In this document: positions 1-10,265 of the stretch, in pieces
Numbering within the stretch: position 1 is the stretch's first letter
How the letters are laid out: the number at the start of each line of letters is the position of its first letter
NCBI GenBank assembly: GCA_050253415.1
Contig: JBFWJC010000004.1
Coordinates: forward strand, 192,001 to 256,000
DNA: 64,000 bases
From: Pedobacter sp.
Lineage (GTDB): Bacteria; Desulfobacterota; Desulfuromonadia; Desulfuromonadales; Syntrophotaleaceae
Reading direction: 5' to 3'
Notes under the pieces: generated by a model
Databases searched by the model: none
The model's input: the letters and a program-made list of their open reading frames with translations, nothing else
What the model was told of the DNA's origin: nothing
Position numbers and translations under genes: made by a program

Positions 1-109
1 CGCCCCAAAGGCTTAAAAGCATTGAAACAGTGTGTCCATTTTTATAAGATGGACGCCGTTTTTTTTAACCGCCGGTTCGATATCAATCGAGCCTTAGAAG
101 GGAGCAGAT

Positions 110-1555
110 ATGAGCATGCAAAAGCAGGAAAAGTACCTGAATGACTGGATCAGACAAGATGAAGCAGCCGAAGCCATGCTTCCCCTCATCGGTCATATGT
201 ACCGTGACCGCGGGGTCAACATCAATGTCTACGGCCAGTCTCTGGTCAATAAATCTCTTATCGACCTTATGAAGGCACATCGTTTTGCCGAGCAGGTACT
301 CGGGAGCGAACTGTCTGTCGTCGATACCTACCCCATCCTGCAGGCCATGAACAAGCTCGACTTGTCCCCTTCCCGAGTCGACATCGGTAAACTTACCGTT
401 CAATATCGGGATCAGGAAGGCAAACAATCTCTGGACGAGTTTATCTCCGCCAAACTGGCATCTGTCAACAAGGGCCGAGGCTCGTTGCTGAGCGAACCCC
501 GAGATGTCGTCCTCTACGGATTCGGACGCATCGGCCGTTTGCTGGCCCGGGTGCTGGTTGAAAAAACCGGCGGCGGCGACAAGCTGCGCCTGCGTGCTAT
601 CGTGGTCCGTAAAGGCACCGATGACGATTTAATGAAACGCGCCAGCCTGCTGGAACGCGACTCGGTACACGGCCCCTTCAATGGCGTTCTCAGCTTTGAC
701 GAAGAAGAAAATGCCATTATTGCCAACGGCAATATGATTCGGGTTATTTATGCTAACTCGCCGGACAGCATCGACTACACTGCCTACGGCATCAATGACG
801 CCATCGTCATCGACAACACCGGCCTGTGGCGTGATCGCGAAGGGCTTGGTCAGCACCTTAAATCCAAGGGCGTTTCCAAGGTTCTGCTTACCGCCCCGGG
901 TAAAGGCGACATCCCCAATATTGTTTTCGGTATCAACAACCAGTTGGCCACTCAAGATGAGAACATCTTTTCCGCAGCAAGCTGCACCACCAACGCGGTA
1001 GTGCCGGTCCTCAAGGCTATCAACGACAAATACGGTATCGTCAACGGCCATCTCGAGACCTGCCATTCCTACACCAACGACCAGAACCTCATCGACAACT
1101 ACCATAAAAAAGGTCGCCGCGGCCGTGCAGCGGCCCTGAACATGGTCATCACCGAAACCGGAGCAGCCAAAGCCTCGGCCAAAGCGTTACCGGAACTTGC
1201 CGGCAAATTGACGGGCAACGCTATTCGGGTGCCGGTAGCCAACGTCTCTCTGGCTGTTCTCAACCTGTCCCTCGGTAAAGAGACGACTGTTGATGAGCTG
1301 AACAACTACCTGCGTGATATTGCCCTGCATTCCTCGCTGCAAAACCAGGTCGCATTTGTGAACTCGCCGGAGCTGGTATCCAGCGACTTCATCGGCTCCC
1401 GTCACGCCGGCGTGGTTGACTCATTGGCAACTATCGTTAATGGCGACCGTTGCGTCCTGTATGTATGGTACGACAACGAGTTTGGTTACACCTGCCAGGT
1501 TGTTCGCCTGTTGCAGAAAATAGCCGGCATCGAACTGCCGGTCATGCCTGAATAA
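110..1555 (+). CDS. gap: Glyceraldehyde-3-phosphate dehydrogenase, long form with N-terminal extension
   Basis: GFGRIGR Rossmann motif, catalytic ASCTTN, C-terminal WYDNEFGY; ~130-aa N-terminal extension. Confidence 0.95.
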   Translation: MSMQKQEKYLNDWIRQDEAAEAMLPLIGHMYRDRGVNINVYGQSLVNKSLIDLMKAHRFAEQVLGSELSVVDTYPILQAMNKLDLSPSRVDIGKLTVQYRDQEGKQSLDEFISAKLASVNKGRGSLLSEPRDVVLYGFGRIGRLLARVLVEKTGGGDKLRLRAIVVRKGTDDDLMKRASLLERDSVHGPFNGVLSFDEEENAIIANGNMIRVIYANSPDSIDYTAYGINDAIVIDNTGLWRDREGLGQHLKSKGVSKVLLTAPGKGDIPNIVFGINNQLATQDENIFSAASCTTNAVVPVLKAINDKYGIVNGHLETCHSYTNDQNLIDNYHKKGRRGRAAALNMVITETGAAKASAKALPELAGKLTGNAIRVPVANVSLAVLNLSLGKETTVDELNNYLRDIALHSSLQNQVAFVNSPELVSSDFIGSRHAGVVDSLATIVNGDRCVLYVWYDNEFGYTCQVVRLLQKIAGIELPVMPE

Positions 1556-1576
1556 ATTACTTATTTTTGCACCATG

Positions 1577-1617
1577 AAGCCGAAGCGGGACACCAAACAA
1601 ACGCTTCGGCTTTTTTT
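1577..1617 (+). terminator. Intrinsic terminator after gap
   Basis: Stem AAGCCGAAGCG / CGCTTCGGCTT running into a T tract. Confidence 0.8.
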
Positions 1618-1644
1618 ATATGAAGAGACTCACCGCACCAAAAA

Positions 1645-1680
1645 TAAAAAGGGCCGATCCATGAGGATCGGCCCTTTTTA
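1645..1680. terminator. Bidirectional terminator downstream of rpsU
   Basis: TAAAAAGGGCCGATCC-atga-GGATCGGCCCTTTTTA perfect inverted repeat. Confidence 0.85.
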
Positions 1681-1706
1681 TCTTATAAACACATATCGGC
1701 GAGGCA

Positions 1707-1901
1707 TCAGGCTTTTTTGACCATGCGCAATTTCTTGCGCAGACGGCGCTGTGCTTCCTTTTCCTTGCGCTTACGCTTGACACTAGGCTTTTCGTAAAAT
1801 TTACGCTGTTTCATTTCACGAAACAAACCCTCCTGCTGCAGCTTGCGCTTGAGCACACGGATAGCCTTTTCGACGTTGTTGTCGATGACTTGAATTTCCA
1901 C
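1707..1901 (-). CDS. rpsU: 30S ribosomal protein S21
   Basis: 64 aa, basic, EKAIRVLKRK and FYEKPSVKRKRK; GTG start with GAGGTG RBS. Confidence 0.95.
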   Translation of the reverse strand: MEIQVIDNNVEKAIRVLKRKLQQEGLFREMKQRKFYEKPSVKRKRKEKEAQRRLRKKLRMVKKA

Positions 1902-2138
1902 GAAACCTTCACCTCACTTTCCCTCTATCTTGTTGTGCCGCCCAGCGCAGCCAGACGACACGAACGGGGATTATATTGTCTACGCCGTTACAATGCAAGA
2001 AAAATTTAGTCTGCAATCCAGGTGCTACCTCCACATACCGGGTAATTCTAAACAGAATTATCAACCATGCAAGGACCCCGGACTTTTTATTGTCATGGCA
2101 ATCGACGACTGTGGCATAAGGCAACTGTAATCTGGGGG

Positions 2139-3254
2139 CTACAGGCGGGCCACATGCAGACCTACTTCCAAACCACCGTTGCTAAGCAGATCCACACAAT
2201 CGAAGCCTTCCCCAAGCGCTTTGGACAGGGGGCCGACAGGACATAATACCGCCCCTTGCCAGCCGCGATAAATGGACCGATAGACATCCCCAATCTGACG
2301 ATAAAGCCCGGTCAGGGTCTCATCACGTCCAAGCCGGCCACCATAAGGAGGATTACACAAAACCAGCCCTGCCTGTGTTGGCACATCTCCCTTGCCAAGT
2401 TCCGCGGACTCAAACAAGGTTACAGCATCCACCCCGGCCCTGGTTGCATTACAACGCGCAGCCTCAACCACAACAGAATCCCGATCCCGGCCAATCAATG
2501 GGATACCAACAGGCTGTTCAGCAACGCGTGCCTGGGTTTGCAGCACCTGCCAGAGACCGGGTCTGTAACGTGGCCATTGCATAAAGGCAAACTCACGCGC
2601 CAGACCGGGTGCTCGTCGCATCCCCATAAGAGCCCCTTCGACGATAAACGTACCGGACCCGCACATAGGGTCAAGCAAAGGAGTCGAAACGTCCCAATTC
2701 AGCATCATCAAGATTCCGGCCGCCAACGTCTCACGCATGGGAGCCAAACCGATCTTTTGGCGATAGCCACGCCGATGCAACAAATCTCCGCTACTATCCA
2801 CGGAAATCTGACATTGGTTATCCTCGAAACGGACCATTACCTGTTGAACAGGACCGTTCGGTGCTTCAATTGCAGCACCAACGACCCGGCAGGCCGACTC
2901 CAGCACAGTCTCGGCAATACGCCCGGTATGCATCAACCGGGAACCACGACTGGTAGCCTTCACCTGCATCCGGGTTCCCGGCTTTATAAATCGCCCCCAC
3001 GGCAGACGCAATGTCTTGCGATAAAGGTCCGGAAAATCCTTACATCCAAACGTCCCAAGCCTGACAAGCACACGGGTTGCACTACGCAACCATAAGTTGG
3101 CCCGGTACAATTCCTCCAGCCCCCCCTGAAAGGAAACCCCTCCCTTACAAAGGACAACATCCTTGATGCCCAACGTTGTCAACTCCCGCATACATACCGA
3201 CTCCAGACCAAGGGCCGTTACTGCAAACAGGTCAAAATTCTGTTTTTTCATCAT
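2139..3254 (-). CDS. THUMP-domain class I SAM RNA methyltransferase (RlmL-like)
   Basis: LYRANLWLR, LHRRGYR, APMRETLAA, DPMCGSGT and NPPYG motifs. Confidence 0.9.
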   Translation of the reverse strand: MMKKQNFDLFAVTALGLESVCMRELTTLGIKDVVLCKGGVSFQGGLEELYRANLWLRSATRVLVRLGTFGCKDFPDLYRKTLRLPWGRFIKPGTRMQVKATSRGSRLMHTGRIAETVLESACRVVGAAIEAPNGPVQQVMVRFEDNQCQISVDSSGDLLHRRGYRQKIGLAPMRETLAAGILMMLNWDVSTPLLDPMCGSGTFIVEGALMGMRRAPGLAREFAFMQWPRYRPGLWQVLQTQARVAEQPVGIPLIGRDRDSVVVEAARCNATRAGVDAVTLFESAELGKGDVPTQAGLVLCNPPYGGRLGRDETLTGLYRQIGDVYRSIYRGWQGAVLCPVGPLSKALGEGFDCVDLLSNGGLEVGLHVARL

Positions 3255-3429
3255 ACGCTCCCGGCAAAACTTGTCATGCCATTCCCCTGTGTCCGCTTGG
3301 CCGATACGGCGCCATAGTCCTGCATCCCCACCGTGGTATTACATTCTTAAGAATCAAAAGTTCATGACATATTCTGTTATTATGTACAAGAGTTCCTTTT
3401 ATCAACGCCCACGCGGAGGATCCACCGGC

Positions 3430-4338
3430 ATGGAATTCAACAACCTTGAAATCGACTGGGAATACCTGCTTGAGCGCGTAGAGCGCTTTCTCGATCTCGG
3501 GGAAGAATATTTGACGCGCAAACTGATCGACTACCAACCTGAACCGCAATTGTTTCAGCAACATCTCGCCTTTCGTTGGATAAAAAGCTACCATACCGGA
3601 TTTTTTGAAGACGTAGCGTTTCCCGATCTACAGGATCATGCCAGCCTTATCGGCATGGATGACGTTCTTGATCGTTTAAGCGAAAACACGGCACAATTCG
3701 TCCATGGTCTGCCATGCAACAATATCTTGCTCCATGGCGAACCCGGTAACGGTAAAAGATCTGCGATCAAAGGACTTTTAAAAAAGTTTGGCGACAAGGG
3801 CGTGCGGTTGCTTCAAATTAACTCGGAGGATCTTCACCAACTACCGCTAATCACTGCATGCCTGCGAAACCTGCCCTTCTATTTCATTCTGCTATGCAGT
3901 GATATTTTCCATTCGATGACCAAAGAAAGCTTTAAGGACCTGGCAAACTTGCTACAGGGTGACATCGAAACCCGCGCCGAGAACATTTTACTCTATGCCA
4001 CAAGTAACCGCATGCGCCCTTCCTCTGCATGCGCCAACAACAGCATATCTTCAAACGCGGTAAGCTGGAAAAACAAAACAGACGAACAATCTATTGCAGA
4101 AGCAGGGTTTGGCATCAGCATCAATCTGGCTCCCATGCAGCAAGCCACCTATCTTGCCATCTGTCGGCATCTTGTACAACAACACGCATTGTCTCTAGCG
4201 GAAGAAACCTGGCAAGCTTCAGCATTGGCATGGGCCGAACAACGCAAAGGTTACAGCGGACTCACGGCCCGACAATTCACCGATGACCTGGCCGGTAAAA
4301 TCCTCTTAAACCAAAGACTCACAAAAAAGGCTCCATAA
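3430..4338 (+). CDS. DUF815-family AAA+ ATPase-like protein with degenerate motifs
   Basis: NTAQFVHGLPCNNILLHG..GNGK, NILLYATSNR, SGLTARQF; ATG at 3430 follows GGAGGA. Confidence 0.8.
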   Translation: MEFNNLEIDWEYLLERVERFLDLGEEYLTRKLIDYQPEPQLFQQHLAFRWIKSYHTGFFEDVAFPDLQDHASLIGMDDVLDRLSENTAQFVHGLPCNNILLHGEPGNGKRSAIKGLLKKFGDKGVRLLQINSEDLHQLPLITACLRNLPFYFILLCSDIFHSMTKESFKDLANLLQGDIETRAENILLYATSNRMRPSSACANNSISSNAVSWKNKTDEQSIAEAGFGISINLAPMQQATYLAICRHLVQQHALSLAEETWQASALAWAEQRKGYSGLTARQFTDDLAGKILLNQRLTKKAP

Positions 4339-4481
4339 GTCCAACACTGTCCACAATCACACCTTTTGGTTCAGTTGTTTAGACCTTACGTTTACGCCAC
4401 GATACACGGAGCGACCTTCCCCCCTTCACACTGAACATTGGCCACCTCGCCAATATCCACCTCGCTCGCCCTCCCTTTCGA

Positions 4482-4497
4482 TGGCATCAAAAATGCA
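4482..4497 (+). promoter_or_regulatory. Candidate sigma-54 (-24/-12) promoter of the PilZ gene
   Basis: TGGCATCAAAAATGCA has exact GG-N10-GC spacing, ~35 nt upstream of the ATG. Confidence 0.55.
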
Positions 4498-4532
4498 AAA
4501 AAGTCCATCATCTCTACATAACCACACACTCA

Positions 4533-5270
4533 ATGGACTCAACAACCATGTTCAAAAAACACTTTAAACCCGGACAAAAAGTACTTATTCATTTAACCAA
4601 TCCGGAAGATGGCGATGATCGTCTGGAAAATATTTCCGCGTCATGCCAGGCCGTGGAGAATGGGATACTGACCCTGAATCTCCCCTATGAAATAGACGCT
4701 TCGACTTTTTCCGAAACCTCCAAAATGGCCATCATCTCAGAGAGCCTGGGTTTAGGATTAAAGGCTCAAACCTATTTTCACTGTCAGCAAGACAAGACCT
4801 CTATCCAACTGCGCTTTGACGGAGACCTCCGTTTCTTTCAAAGACGGCCCACGACACGTTTAAATCTCCCCATCGGCATCCGCTATACCCGCATAAACGG
4901 CAGCCTGGAACTTGTTCGTCAACAATGGCAACAACATATCCACAAACTTGCCAACACCCCTCTAGAAGTCCTTCCCCAGTTGCCCAGCGGAATAGTCAAT
5001 CTTAGCAGCGGTGGAATTCGTCTCGGATTCCGCAATGCGATTGACAAAGCACAATTATGTATGTTGCTCCTGCAGGTTGAACCAGAAACACCACCGATAT
5101 GCACCATGGCTGAAGTTGTTTGGACTCATTCAAAAAGCCAAGATTCATCCTGCACGGCAGGTTTGCAATTCATGGCCATCATGGCTGAAGATCAAAAGCG
5201 GCTTGAAAAATTTATTCGCACCTGCCGGTTAGACATGCAAGACAAAAAGAACCGCTCCCAAACACAGTGA
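4533..5270 (+). CDS. PilZ-domain cyclic-dinucleotide receptor (YcgR-like architecture)
   Basis: RxxxR (RRPTTR) and NxSxxG (NLSSGG) motifs; AEVVW...GLQF C-terminal barrel. Confidence 0.8.
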   Translation: MDSTTMFKKHFKPGQKVLIHLTNPEDGDDRLENISASCQAVENGILTLNLPYEIDASTFSETSKMAIISESLGLGLKAQTYFHCQQDKTSIQLRFDGDLRFFQRRPTTRLNLPIGIRYTRINGSLELVRQQWQQHIHKLANTPLEVLPQLPSGIVNLSSGGIRLGFRNAIDKAQLCMLLLQVEPETPPICTMAEVVWTHSKSQDSSCTAGLQFMAIMAEDQKRLEKFIRTCRLDMQDKKNRSQTQ

Positions 5271-5300
5271 AATGGCCAAAGTACATTGGCCATTTCACTG
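5265..5300. terminator. 15-bp perfect hairpin overlapping the PilZ stop codon
   Basis: CAGTGAAATGGCCAA / TTGGCCATTTCACTG; lacks a clear U tract. Confidence 0.5.
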
Positions 5301-5421
5301 ACGCTTGAATGTTCCACTCCTGTTAGGATTAAACTAAAGACCTGTTAACATCCGCAGGAATTTCGAATATTTAGCCTTACCACCAGACATACCGGTAATT
5401 TGTCTCATCAAAAACAAACGG

Positions 5422-5499
5422 TAAGTATTTGATTCACAAAGCTTTTCCCAACTCATCCACAGATCCGTGGAAAACCCTGTGGGGAACACCTGTGTACAC
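5422..5499. promoter_or_regulatory. IHF site plus cluster of DnaA-box-like 9-mers
   Basis: AATCAAATACTTA on the minus strand fits WATCAANNNNTTR; five 7/9 to 8/9 matches to TTWTNCACA within 70 bp. Confidence 0.55.
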
Positions 5500-5682
5500 C
5501 CTCCAAACCCCCGCCCCCATGCGCTTTCGTGGCATTTTGCATATTTTTTAAGCACAACGAAGGGCAGATGTCGATCGGGCACAGGCGTATCATGAGGGAA
5601 AGAAACCAACAGGCCTAACGTGGCCTGAAAGCTTCTCATTCCTTGGCCGCCCCATGACACGGACAGCTTAAAAACAAACAAC

Positions 5683-6372
5683 TCAAACAGGGAAAGTGCC
5701 CTTGGGAGGCAACGTTGAGGGACGAACACCCGCGGCTTCAAGGAGTTGAAAAAACTCTGTGCGGGCTACTTCCCTGGCTCCCATAGAGAAGATATGGCTG
5801 GAAGACTGTTGACAGTCGATCAGTTGATAACCCAGCACAGTCAAACGGCTCACAAGTGTTGCGAAAGCTACCTTGGACGCATTAGACATGTGATGAAACA
5901 TCGATTCACCAAAAAAACAGCTCCCCAGACTGATGCCATACAATCCCCCAACCAGGCAGCCTTCACACCAGCATTCCACCGAGTGCGCATAGCCCAGGTG
6001 ATGCAAAAGTTCATAAGCCGCAAGCATATCCGCGGTAATCCAGGTACCGGGACCGTCTTTACGTGGGGTCTGGGCGCAGGCCCGGATAACATCGCTAAAG
6101 GCTTGATCAAAAGTAATGCGAAAACGTCCGCGCCGCAGCTCCTTGGCCAGACTGCGACTTATGCGTAATTCCGAAGGTTTAAGAATGCAGCGAGGGTCGG
6201 GGGTCCACCAGAGAATCGGTTCTTCCTCACTGAACCAGGGGAAAATCCCCATGGAATAGGCGAGCAACAAACGACGGGGAGAGAGATCTCCTCCCACGGC
6301 GAGGAGACCTCCCTCCTCAGCATGGTCCTGAGGAGGGAAGATCAAATCATCGATCAGTTGGTAGATGGGCAC
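5683..6372 (-). CDS. aat: Leucyl/phenylalanyl-tRNA-protein transferase
   Basis: GLLAVGGDLS, GIFPWF, AHSVECW, FFGESMF, NASKVA; downstream of clpA. Confidence 0.95.
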   Translation of the reverse strand: MPIYQLIDDLIFPPQDHAEEGGLLAVGGDLSPRRLLLAYSMGIFPWFSEEEPILWWTPDPRCILKPSELRISRSLAKELRRGRFRITFDQAFSDVIRACAQTPRKDGPGTWITADMLAAYELLHHLGYAHSVECWCEGCLVGGLYGISLGSCFFGESMFHHMSNASKVAFATLVSRLTVLGYQLIDCQQSSSHIFSMGAREVARTEFFQLLEAAGVRPSTLPPKGTFPV

Positions 6373-8639
6373 TAGACAACAGACTCTTTTACGAAACGAA
6401 AATTCAATTTACCGGAGCGACAACCGAGGCGAACCTCACCACCAGACTGCAACGCACCGAAAAGGATCTCCTGGGCTATGGCATCACTGACTTCAAGTTG
6501 AATCAAGCGTGCTAAAGGGCGGGCACCGAAACGCGGATCGTAACCGCGACGGGCAAGATCCGCACGAGCCGCACTTGAGACCACCAGCTTGATGTTCCGC
6601 TCGGACAGACGGTCGCGCAGTTGGTCGAGAAACTTATCCACAATCTTGAGCATGATCGGTTCGCCCAGACTGTTAAAAGGAATCGTAGCATCCAGACGGT
6701 TGCGAAACTCCGGTGAGAAAGTTTGCTCCACAGCCTGCCTGGAACTGCCGCCTTCCTCTTTGCCGAAGCCTATGGGATTGGCACTCATTTCCCTGGCTCC
6801 GGCGTTGCTGGTCATGATTAAAACAACATTGCGGAAATCGGCTTTTTTCCCGTTGTTGTCGGTCAGGCTACCATGATCCATAACCTGTAGCAGAATACTG
6901 AACAGATCGGGATGCGCCTTTTCGATTTCATCCAGCAGCAGCACGGCATAAGGTTGCTTGATCACGGCATCGGTAAGCAACCCGCCCTGATCAAAACCGA
7001 CATAGCCGGGAGGGGCTCCGATCAAACGCGACACAGAGTGTTTTTCCATATATTCGCTCATATCGAAACGAATAAATTCGACCCCGAGTTGCAAAGCCAG
7101 CTGCTTGGCGGCTTCCGTCTTGCCAACTCCGGTGGGACCCGTAAAGAGAAAGGAGCCAATCGGTTTATCCGGATGCCCAAGGCCGGCCCGGGCACGCAGC
7201 ACCGCACGGGACAATGTCTCGACGGCTTCTTCCTGCCCGAATACCTGTCTTTTGAGATCGCGTGCCAGGGTTTTCAACCGCCGGCGGTCGGAAGTCGAAA
7301 CACTGCGCTCCGGGATACGGGCGATGCCAGCCACCACCCTCTCGATATCGTCCAGATGCACAACCCGGCCACCGGCCAGGCGCATGGCTGAACCGGCCTC
7401 ATCGATAACATCGATGGCCTTGTCCGGAAGGTGACGGAAATTGATATGACGGGCAGACAGTTCGGCAGCCCCATTAATGGCCTCGTCGGTATAGGTCACG
7501 CCATGATGTTCCTCATAGCGGTCCTTAAGCCCATGGAGAATAGCAACCGTTTCATCGACGCTTGGCTCTACAATGTCGATTTTCTGAAAGCGACGTGACA
7601 GGGCCCGATCCTTGTCAAACAGATTTTTGTACTCCTCATAGGTCGTCGACCCGATACAGCGGAAATCGCCACTGGCCAACACCGGCTTGAGGATATTGGA
7701 CGCATCGAGGGAGCCGCCACTGGTGGCACCCGCGCCTACCACCGTATGGATTTCATCGATAAACAGGATCGCATCAGGATGTTTTTCCAAAGCCTTGACC
7801 ACGGCCTTCAAACGTTCTTCAAAGTCTCCGCGGAATTTGGTACCGGCCAACAGCGATCCCATATCGAGGGCAAAAACCTCACATTGACTCAGGATATCCG
7901 GCACCTTGCCCTCACTGATCATCAATGCCAGCCCTTCGGCCATGGCGGTTTTACCGACTCCGGCTTCGCCAACAAAGATGGGGTTGTTCTTGCGCCTGCG
8001 ACACAACACCTGCACGGTGCGATCCAGCTCGGCGGTTCGGCCGATCAGAGGATCGATACGCCCCTGCCGAGCACGCTCCACAAGATCCACGGTAAACATG
8101 GCTAACGGATCCTGTTTGGACTTTTCCGGATTTTCTTCGGTTTTTTCCTGACTGCCGCCACCCGGTTTGGTCGACGCCTGGGCTTGCGGCGCGTCGCCAT
8201 GGCGTGACACCTTGGTCACGCCATGCGCAATATAATTGAGAACATCCAGACGGGAAACACCCTGATCCTCCAGAAAATGGACCGCATGGGTGTTTTTTTC
8301 CGCGAACATGGCGGCCAGCAAATCACCGATGCTGATTTCCTTTTTACCGGCGGAATGCAGATGCAGAACCGCGCGCTGCAACACCCGCTGCAACCCGATG
8401 GTCTGCTCGGGCACCACATCGCGATCTTCAACCAGGCTTTCGAGATGGTCGGCAAAATATTTTTCCAACTGCCCCTTAAGCGTTTCTGTATCCCCCCCAC
8501 AGGCTGCAATCAACTCCCTGCCATGATCCTCAAGCAACATGGCATAAAGAATATGTTCGGTGGTCAGATACTCATGACGGCGCCGTTGCGCCTCACGGAC
8601 AGCCAGAGAAAAAGTTATCTGTACTTCCTGTGCGAACAT
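6372..8639 (-). CDS. clpA: ATP-dependent Clp protease ATP-binding subunit ClpA
   Basis: Two AAA modules (GEAGVGKT, GPTGVGKT), LIGAPPGYVG; lies between clpS and aat; start taken at MFAQ. Confidence 0.95.
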   Translation of the reverse strand: MFAQEVQITFSLAVREAQRRRHEYLTTEHILYAMLLEDHGRELIAACGGDTETLKGQLEKYFADHLESLVEDRDVVPEQTIGLQRVLQRAVLHLHSAGKKEISIGDLLAAMFAEKNTHAVHFLEDQGVSRLDVLNYIAHGVTKVSRHGDAPQAQASTKPGGGSQEKTEENPEKSKQDPLAMFTVDLVERARQGRIDPLIGRTAELDRTVQVLCRRRKNNPIFVGEAGVGKTAMAEGLALMISEGKVPDILSQCEVFALDMGSLLAGTKFRGDFEERLKAVVKALEKHPDAILFIDEIHTVVGAGATSGGSLDASNILKPVLASGDFRCIGSTTYEEYKNLFDKDRALSRRFQKIDIVEPSVDETVAILHGLKDRYEEHHGVTYTDEAINGAAELSARHINFRHLPDKAIDVIDEAGSAMRLAGGRVVHLDDIERVVAGIARIPERSVSTSDRRRLKTLARDLKRQVFGQEEAVETLSRAVLRARAGLGHPDKPIGSFLFTGPTGVGKTEAAKQLALQLGVEFIRFDMSEYMEKHSVSRLIGAPPGYVGFDQGGLLTDAVIKQPYAVLLLDEIEKAHPDLFSILLQVMDHGSLTDNNGKKADFRNVVLIMTSNAGAREMSANPIGFGKEEGGSSRQAVEQTFSPEFRNRLDATIPFNSLGEPIMLKIVDKFLDQLRDRLSERNIKLVVSSAARADLARRGYDPRFGARPLARLIQLEVSDAIAQEILFGALQSGGEVRLGCRSGKLNFRFVKESVV

Positions 8640-8652
8640 AGGATTGCTCCCT

Positions 8653-8967
8653 TCATGCCTCTTCCAGGCTGCAACGCAAAGGAAAACCGGCCTGACGTGC
8701 CTTCCGGTGTACCCGGGCAATCTTGGTTTCGGCTATTTCATGTGGGAAAGTGCCACATACGCCCGTGCCCTCGCTGTGAATACTCAACATAATGCGATGG
8801 GCATCGGTCGGAGATTTATGGAATACGCCCTCAAGGACATCCACGACAAACTCCATGGTCGTATAATCGTCGTTGTGCATCAACACCTTGAACAGCGGCG
8901 GCGGCGCGACACGAACAGCTTCTTGTTCCTTAATATGAATGTCTTCCGACGTTTTTTTCTGACTCAA
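8653..8967 (-). CDS. clpS: Clp protease adaptor ClpS
   Basis: VLMHNDDYTTMEFVV, EIAETK, FPLRCSLE. Confidence 0.95.
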   Translation of the reverse strand: MSQKKTSEDIHIKEQEAVRVAPPPLFKVLMHNDDYTTMEFVVDVLEGVFHKSPTDAHRIMLSIHSEGTGVCGTFPHEIAETKIARVHRKARQAGFPLRCSLEEA

Positions 8968-9260
8968 CTAATGTCCCCCTTGCACAATCCCTTTTGAAAA
9001 TCCTATCACACTTCCCCTACCACTTCCAAGCACGACAGAAACCAGTTTTACATGCGCTTCATTCTGTTTTTATATTCCAGGTCTGTTCAACATTGACAGC
9101 GATGCGCCAGCGAGCTTCAGAAGACTATGGTCCCGATCAACAAGCGAAACACCCGACAGCCCCAGTTTTCCTTCGGGGGTCGGGAAAAGTCTGTTATACT
9201 CCAACCGATCATACTTCTTCATAAGTAATATCCATAACATCCTATCACCAAGGAGGATCC

Positions 9261-10265
9261 ATGCCATCTCAATATCCGGGCGGCGACCTGCAAGAACTGG
9301 CCAGGCGCCTGAAACAAAACAAGTCCACGCCACGCCTGATTATCGTCGCGATTATCGGTCTGTTGGTACTGATCAGCCTTTCCAGCGGCTTCTACAAGGT
9401 GGATACGGAAGAAACCGGCGTCCTGCTGCGTTTCGGCCGTTTCAACAGCTTTGCAGAACCGGGGCTGCACTTGAAGCTTCCATTTGGTATCGACCGGGCT
9501 TACAAGGTAAAGACCGGACGGGTGCTCAAAGAAGAATTCGGATTTCGTACCGTTCAGGCGGGGGTGCGCACCACCTACACCAAAAGGAATCTGGAGGATG
9601 AGTCCCTGACCCTGACCGGCGACCTCAACGTCAGCGATATCGAATGGATTGTCCAGTACCAGATCGCCGACCCCTTCAAGTTCCTGTTCCGCATTCACGA
9701 ACCGGAAGCGACCATCCGGGATCTCGCCGAGGCCATGGTACGCAGGGTGGTAGGCAACTCCAACGTCAGTGAGGTACTGACAACCGAACGGGCGGAGTTG
9801 GCCAACAACATCCAGAAGGATCTGCAGGAAAGCCTCAACGGCTACGATATCGGCGTGCGCATCGTCACCGTCAAGTTCCAGGACGTCAATCCGCCGGACC
9901 CGGTAAAAGCCGCCTTCAATGAGGTCAACGAGGCCGAGCAGCAAAAGGAAAGCCTGATCTTTCAGGCCCGCGAACAATATAACCGCGAAGTGCCCAAGGC
10001 CCGTGGCGTGGCGCGCCGCACCATCCAGGAAGCGGAGGGCTTCGCCATTGAACGCATCAACCAGGCCCGTGGCGAAACCAGCCGTTTTCTCGCTCTGTTC
10101 ACAGAATACCGCAAAGCCCCGGATGTCACCCGCCAGCGCCTCTACCTGGAAACGCTGGAACAGGTATTACCCAAACTCGATGAAATCTACATTATGGATC
10201 AAGACGGTGCCGGGGCCCTGCCCCTGCTCCCCCTGCGCACCGTAACGAAAGGAGGCCAGCAATGA
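9261..10265 (+). CDS. hflK: FtsH protease modulator HflK
   Basis: TM helix plus SPFH domain, LTGDLN, YRKAPDVTRQRLYLET. Confidence 0.92.
   Translation: MPSQYPGGDLQELARRLKQNKSTPRLIIVAIIGLLVLISLSSGFYKVDTEETGVLLRFGRFNSFAEPGLHLKLPFGIDRAYKVKTGRVLKEEFGFRTVQAGVRTTYTKRNLEDESLTLTGDLNVSDIEWIVQYQIADPFKFLFRIHEPEATIRDLAEAMVRRVVGNSNVSEVLTTERAELANNIQKDLQESLNGYDIGVRIVTVKFQDVNPPDPVKAAFNEVNEAEQQKESLIFQAREQYNREVPKARGVARRTIQEAEGFAIERINQARGETSRFLALFTEYRKAPDVTRQRLYLETLEQVLPKLDEIYIMDQDGAGALPLLPLRTVTKGGQQ

Noticed and set aside
5300..5680. Chromosomal origin oriC
   Set aside because: No dnaA, dnaN, gidA or rpmH nearby and no clear AT-rich unwinding element; kept only as a DnaA-box cluster
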